Source: Candidatus Latescibacterota bacterium
Lineage (GTDB): Bacteria; Latescibacterota; UBA2968; GCA-2709665
DNA length: 64,000 nt
Assembly (NCBI GenBank): GCA_965116875.1
Contig: OZ220733.1
Coordinates: 4,800,001 to 4,864,000, forward strand
Reading direction: 5' to 3'
The position numbers and the translations under genes are program-made. Of this stretch, positions 60,023 to 64,000 are shown piece by piece; within the stretch, counting starts at the first letter, position 1; every line of letters begins with the position of its first letter. The notes beneath the pieces were generated by a model, which was not told the DNA's origin, searched no databases, and was given only the letters and a program-made list of their open reading frames with translations.

Positions 60023-60063
60023 AGCCGGCGATGTCTCTACCTCTGGACATGCCGGCTGTTTTT
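60023..60063 (+). terminator. Riboswitch expression-platform terminator
   Basis: AGCCGGC(G)ATGTC..GACATGCCGGCT-GTTTTT; its CTCTACC (60035-41) is complementary to GGTAGAG (59824-30). Confidence 0.75.
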
Positions 60064-60100
60064 GTGCCGCCGACAACCCTCACTCACAGAAGGAACGGAA

Positions 60101-61183
60101 ATGAAAAAACTCAAAGCAGGCGTTCTGGGCGCCACCGGCATGGTCGGTCAGCGTTTTGTCTCACTCCTGGAAGACCATCCCTGGTTTGAAGTCTCTGTGG
60201 TGGCGGCCAGCCCGCGGTCCGCGGGCAGGTCGTACCGTGAAGCGGTCGCTGGCCGCTGGACACTCGACTCTGACATTCCGGCCGATATCGCCGGTCTGAC
60301 GGTCAGGAACGTCAACGAAGTCGACGCAATTTCCGGCGAGGCCGATTTCGTCTGTTCGGCGCTGGATATGGAAAAAGAGGACATCCGCAGTCTCGAGGAC
60401 GCCTATGCCAGACGGGAAACGCCTGTTGCGTCCAACAATTCGGCCCACCGCTGGACTCCCGACGTGCCGATGCTCATGCCCGAGATCAACGCGGGACACG
60501 TGGCCGTCATCGAGGCGCAGCGCAGGCGCCTGGGTACACGGTCCGGCTTTGTCGCCGTCAAGCCCAACTGTTCGATACAGCCCTACGTTCCCGCATTTGA
60601 GGCGCTTGCGGACTTCGCACCCCGTCGCGCGTCCGTCTGCACCTACCAGGCCATCTCCGGCGCCGGAAAGACATTCCGGTCCTGGCCGGAGATGGAGGAC
60701 AATATTATCCCCTTCATTGGAGGAGAAGAGGAAAAGAGCGCAATGGAACCGCTGAAGATCTGGGGCGAGATCCACGACGGTGAAATCCGTAACGCCAGCG
60801 GCCCGGCGATTTCAGCCCAGTGCATACGCGTACCCGTCAGCGACGGTCACATGGCTGCCACGTCGGTGTCGTTCGAACGGAAGCCATCCCGGGAGCAGGT
60901 CATCGATTCCTGGCGGAAATTCCAGGGGGACCCGAAGGCGGCCGCGCTGCCCTCGTCGCCAAAACCGTTCCTGACGTATTTCGATGAAGAAGACCGGCCC
61001 CAGACCCGGTTGGACCGGGACGCGGGGAACGGCATGGGCGTTACGCTCGGCAGGCTGAGGGATGACAACCTGTTCGACTACAGATTCATCGCCCTGAGCC
61101 ACAACACCGTTCGGGGTGCGGCGGGCGGCGCCATTCTCATGGCTGAACTGCTTGCGGCCGAGGGATATCTGCAGGCAAAATAG
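60101..61183 (+). CDS. asd: Aspartate-semialdehyde dehydrogenase
   Basis: GATGMVGQRF, PNCS, YQAISGAG, RVPVSDGH and HNTVRGAAG motifs; AAGGA RBS. Confidence 0.96.
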   Translation: MKKLKAGVLGATGMVGQRFVSLLEDHPWFEVSVVAASPRSAGRSYREAVAGRWTLDSDIPADIAGLTVRNVNEVDAISGEADFVCSALDMEKEDIRSLEDAYARRETPVASNNSAHRWTPDVPMLMPEINAGHVAVIEAQRRRLGTRSGFVAVKPNCSIQPYVPAFEALADFAPRRASVCTYQAISGAGKTFRSWPEMEDNIIPFIGGEEEKSAMEPLKIWGEIHDGEIRNASGPAISAQCIRVPVSDGHMAATSVSFERKPSREQVIDSWRKFQGDPKAAALPSSPKPFLTYFDEEDRPQTRLDRDAGNGMGVTLGRLRDDNLFDYRFIALSHNTVRGAAGGAILMAELLAAEGYLQAK

Positions 61184-61224
61184 CGCCATTTCGCGACGCC
61201 CCGCCGACGGTTCCGGACCGGCTT

Positions 61225-63726
61225 TCAGTGAGGGACCCCGTGCCGGTGCATCCTGCGATGGATGGCCTCCCGCGCCTCCAGAAACGGCCGCTCAAGGTAT
61301 GCCATGTGGTCCTCCTCCCCGTGGTGGTGGGTGACCTCTCCCGGCCGGTGCTGCCGGCTGTTGAGTTGCATGTATGAGATACAGCCGTCCACCAGCGTCA
61401 ACATATACCTCGCCGTTTCAGAATTGAACATCCACCATTCGCCGCCACAGGAAATGTAGACCGGTGAGGTATGCGCCATGATCCCGCGACCCCAGCCGTC
61501 CAGGTGCGGGACCGCTTCGAAATAGCCCGGCCCCCCGCAGCGCGCTGCCAGCCACGAGTGCCCGCCCACGTCGATATCCGCTTTCACACGCAGCTTTCGC
61601 GTACCTCCGGGCTCCTCCGTTGAAGCAACGACCCGACCGTTCTGTACGATCTGAAGCGTATGGATGGGCAGCACGCTTTCGGCCTCCGCAACGGCTTCGA
61701 CCGTACCCCCGTTACCCGGGAGCCTCATCGTGTCGCCGATCTCGTGGCCGTCCACCGTGAACCGGATGATCGGCCCCCCGCTGTGAAAGGTCCGTCCGGC
61801 GGCCATGTTCCTGCACCAGGTTTCGTAGGTGAACGGCTCATCTTCCGGGATTCTCACGTACGTCCTGTAAATGCCCACGGGCACGTCGCTGCTCATCTTG
61901 TCGGTGCCGCCCACAAGCGGCAGCCTGTACCCGCAATTGAGGTAACGATAGTATTCGTGATGATTGTACGCGGTATGCCTGAGCATCTCAACCGCGTCGG
62001 CCCGCCCCGTGGCGATGAGCGCCGCGGGCTCGCCGTTGGGATTGGGCAAATGTGGAATGACGACGGTTCCGCCCTGCGCGTGACATCGGTCCGCCCAATC
62101 CGACATCGTCACTTCGAGGGTTCCACCCATCTCCGCTTCTCCCGGACCGTCGGAACACCAGGGCATCACGGTCTCTTTCAGACCGAGCAGAATCAGGTGC
62201 CCCAGAAAATGCTGCCTGTTTTCGGAACCGACGTAGACGATGCTGCTCCCGTCCGGTGACACGCTCGCCCTGCCGGTGAACTCCTCGGTGCTGGTAAAGA
62301 GGTTGCCCCACTGCGAAGGCAGCAGGTTGACAACGTTGAGGTCCTCCCCCTGCGCCTCGGTGTGGCTTCCCTGCGTGGAGAGAAAGTGGACGTGCGAATC
62401 TCCGCTGAACCATCTCTCGTCATTCATGCGGCACCAGCGTTTCAACCGCAGTTCCAGTTCCCGTTGCCCGGGTCTGATCTCCACCGCGGTTCGTAACGGT
62501 TCGTATTCGAATCCCCTCGCCACGTCCACGATGACCCTGCCTCTTGGCATCCAGCCCTGACAGGCGCCGTCCGTGTACGCGTACGTAATCTGACCCAGCC
62601 GGACGTCGCCGCCCACGTCGATATGCCAGGTACCCAGGTTGGAATTCACATGCGGATGGTGACCGTGCGGCGCGTAGGGTATCCCCTCGGGAGACCGGAA
62701 GTGAACCCGGCAGGGTACGGATTGCCCCGTCTCGTCGTCCACCACGCGTGTGTGCACCCAGTTGCGGCCGCGGTTCACGACCTCGACCTTCAATGCCGCG
62801 GTCTCGACGCTTCCCTGCTTTTCCAACTCACCCCAGTTGACGGCGCCGAGGGTCTCGTCGCCCTGCGTCACCGTGACGGTTGCCGAGGGTATCGCGGCCA
62901 CCTCGACATAGGCGGGACTGCCTGACGGATTCTGCGGTTCCCCCCATCCCTTCCTGCTGTCCCTCAGGAACGATTCCGACGACTGCTCCGGCAGCGGAAA
63001 GGGGTACGTGGCGATACCCCGGTCCACCTTCACGTCCAGGTCGAACGGATTTTCAGCGTCCTCGCGCTCCCGCAGCGTGATCAGCACCTCCCGCGGGGCC
63101 TCCCGGGAAAACGGATGCTCGTCGACGTGGCCCAGCGTGATGCCGCCGATGACGAACCGGGGACCCGCGGGGATCACCTCAAGCCGTTCGATGACCCGAT
63201 CGGGGTGTGAATTCTCCCAGACCCAGAGCGTAAAATCCCTCGATCTCCCCTGGTACGCTTCGGTCTGCCTGCGCCCGGCGTCACCCCACCGTCCCTCGTG
63301 GCGCGGCAGCATGCCGTCGGTCCGGTCCTGCACCGCAACGAAGGGAAGCCCGGCGGACGCGGGTACGGCGCCGATCTCGAACCGGTCCCGGATGGCCGCC
63401 GAAACGACAACGCCGCCTTCAAGATGGAATCGATATTCCGCCACCCGTTCGCCGATCGGACCGTTGTCCGGAATCCGCGAATCGAGCAGCCGGTGCGCCA
63501 CGATGACCCGCCGCGCCGTCTTCCGGACCTGGATCGATGCCGGCTGGTCCGGAATTCCGTCGCCGAAACCCAGCAGACAGGGTGCTTTCTTCGCGTCATC
63601 GCTACCGATCAGAAACGGCAGCCCCTGGTAGTGCCGGACGCCGGCAGAAAGGTCCCGACTCTCGCCGAGATGCTCCTGTCCGGCGTTGCACATGCCGGAC
63701 AGATCCAGTGGTTCGTACGCGTCCAT
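61225..63726 (-). CDS. CehA/McbA-family metallohydrolase, paralog 2
   Basis: Same architecture as 56202-58694: RGFEY, SGDSHVH, ENRQH.LGH, GGTDKMS and AHTSPVY. Confidence 0.8.
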   Translation of the reverse strand: MDAYEPLDLSGMCNAGQEHLGESRDLSAGVRHYQGLPFLIGSDDAKKAPCLLGFGDGIPDQPASIQVRKTARRVIVAHRLLDSRIPDNGPIGERVAEYRFHLEGGVVVSAAIRDRFEIGAVPASAGLPFVAVQDRTDGMLPRHEGRWGDAGRRQTEAYQGRSRDFTLWVWENSHPDRVIERLEVIPAGPRFVIGGITLGHVDEHPFSREAPREVLITLREREDAENPFDLDVKVDRGIATYPFPLPEQSSESFLRDSRKGWGEPQNPSGSPAYVEVAAIPSATVTVTQGDETLGAVNWGELEKQGSVETAALKVEVVNRGRNWVHTRVVDDETGQSVPCRVHFRSPEGIPYAPHGHHPHVNSNLGTWHIDVGGDVRLGQITYAYTDGACQGWMPRGRVIVDVARGFEYEPLRTAVEIRPGQRELELRLKRWCRMNDERWFSGDSHVHFLSTQGSHTEAQGEDLNVVNLLPSQWGNLFTSTEEFTGRASVSPDGSSIVYVGSENRQHFLGHLILLGLKETVMPWCSDGPGEAEMGGTLEVTMSDWADRCHAQGGTVVIPHLPNPNGEPAALIATGRADAVEMLRHTAYNHHEYYRYLNCGYRLPLVGGTDKMSSDVPVGIYRTYVRIPEDEPFTYETWCRNMAAGRTFHSGGPIIRFTVDGHEIGDTMRLPGNGGTVEAVAEAESVLPIHTLQIVQNGRVVASTEEPGGTRKLRVKADIDVGGHSWLAARCGGPGYFEAVPHLDGWGRGIMAHTSPVYISCGGEWWMFNSETARYMLTLVDGCISYMQLNSRQHRPGEVTHHHGEEDHMAYLERPFLEAREAIHRRMHRHGVPH

Positions 63727-63760
63727 ACCGGTTCCCCCCTGTCGATGCGTTCCGTCTACG

Positions 63761-64000
63761 CTATGTCACCCGGTTGCGCGGGTGACCCTCCAGAAACGCA
63801 ATGACGTTGTCCACGGCGCCGCCGTTCAGCAGATCGACCCCTTCCGGGGTCATATCGGCGCAGTGAGGCGTCAACACCACCTGTTCGCAGGTCAGCAGCG
63901 GATGAGACGGCGGTACCGGCTCTTCGTCGTACACGTCGATGGCTGCGCCAGCCAGACGTCCGGTCCGGAGCGCGGCAACGAGCGCATCCGTGTCGACCAC
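63761..64000 (-). CDS. D-isomer-specific 2-hydroxyacid dehydrogenase, C-terminal part (truncated by window edge)
   Basis: LAGAAIDVYDEEP and LTPH motifs. Confidence 0.88.
   Translation of the reverse strand: MVDTDALVAALRTGRLAGAAIDVYDEEPVPPSHPLLTCEQVVLTPHCADMTPEGVDLLNGGAVDNVIAFLEGHPRNRVT

Noticed and set aside
59843-60100. N-terminal extension of Asd in the ORF track
   Set aside because: It runs through the riboswitch and terminator; the real start is ATG 60101.

Overview
GC-rich bacterial chromosomal window. The gene content (EF-hand/dockerin-tailed secreted protein, CehA/McbA hydrolases, PhyH and TIM-barrel enzymes, TamAB) is suggestive of an FCB-group organism such as Latescibacterota/Gemmatimonadota; this is inference only. 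Housekeeping genes are lysC, hprK, map, tamB/tamA, clpB and asd, the last under a clear lysine riboswitch. Two adjacent Feo iron-uptake operons carry three DtxR-family regulators: one has a naturally split FeoB and a membrane-anchored DtxR-FeoA-FeoA fusion, the other includes a 59-aa Cys-containing membrane ORF missed by the ORF track. Many sugar-acid/metallohydrolase catabolic genes are present. The most unusual part is an accessory region at about 29.2-39.5 kb: two paralogous Rpn-family (PD-(D/E)XK) genes, each with a strong internal Shine-Dalgarno/ATG for a nested C-terminal protein and each bracketed by copies of a composite multi-hairpin direct repeat. They enclose AT-richer cargo: a truncated XRE regulator, a sigma54-type promoter, secreted/membrane orphans, a single-repeat VMO-I-like protein and an intact IS with a 6-bp target duplication. 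Several MITE and REP families are also present. All calls are by eye; no searches were run.
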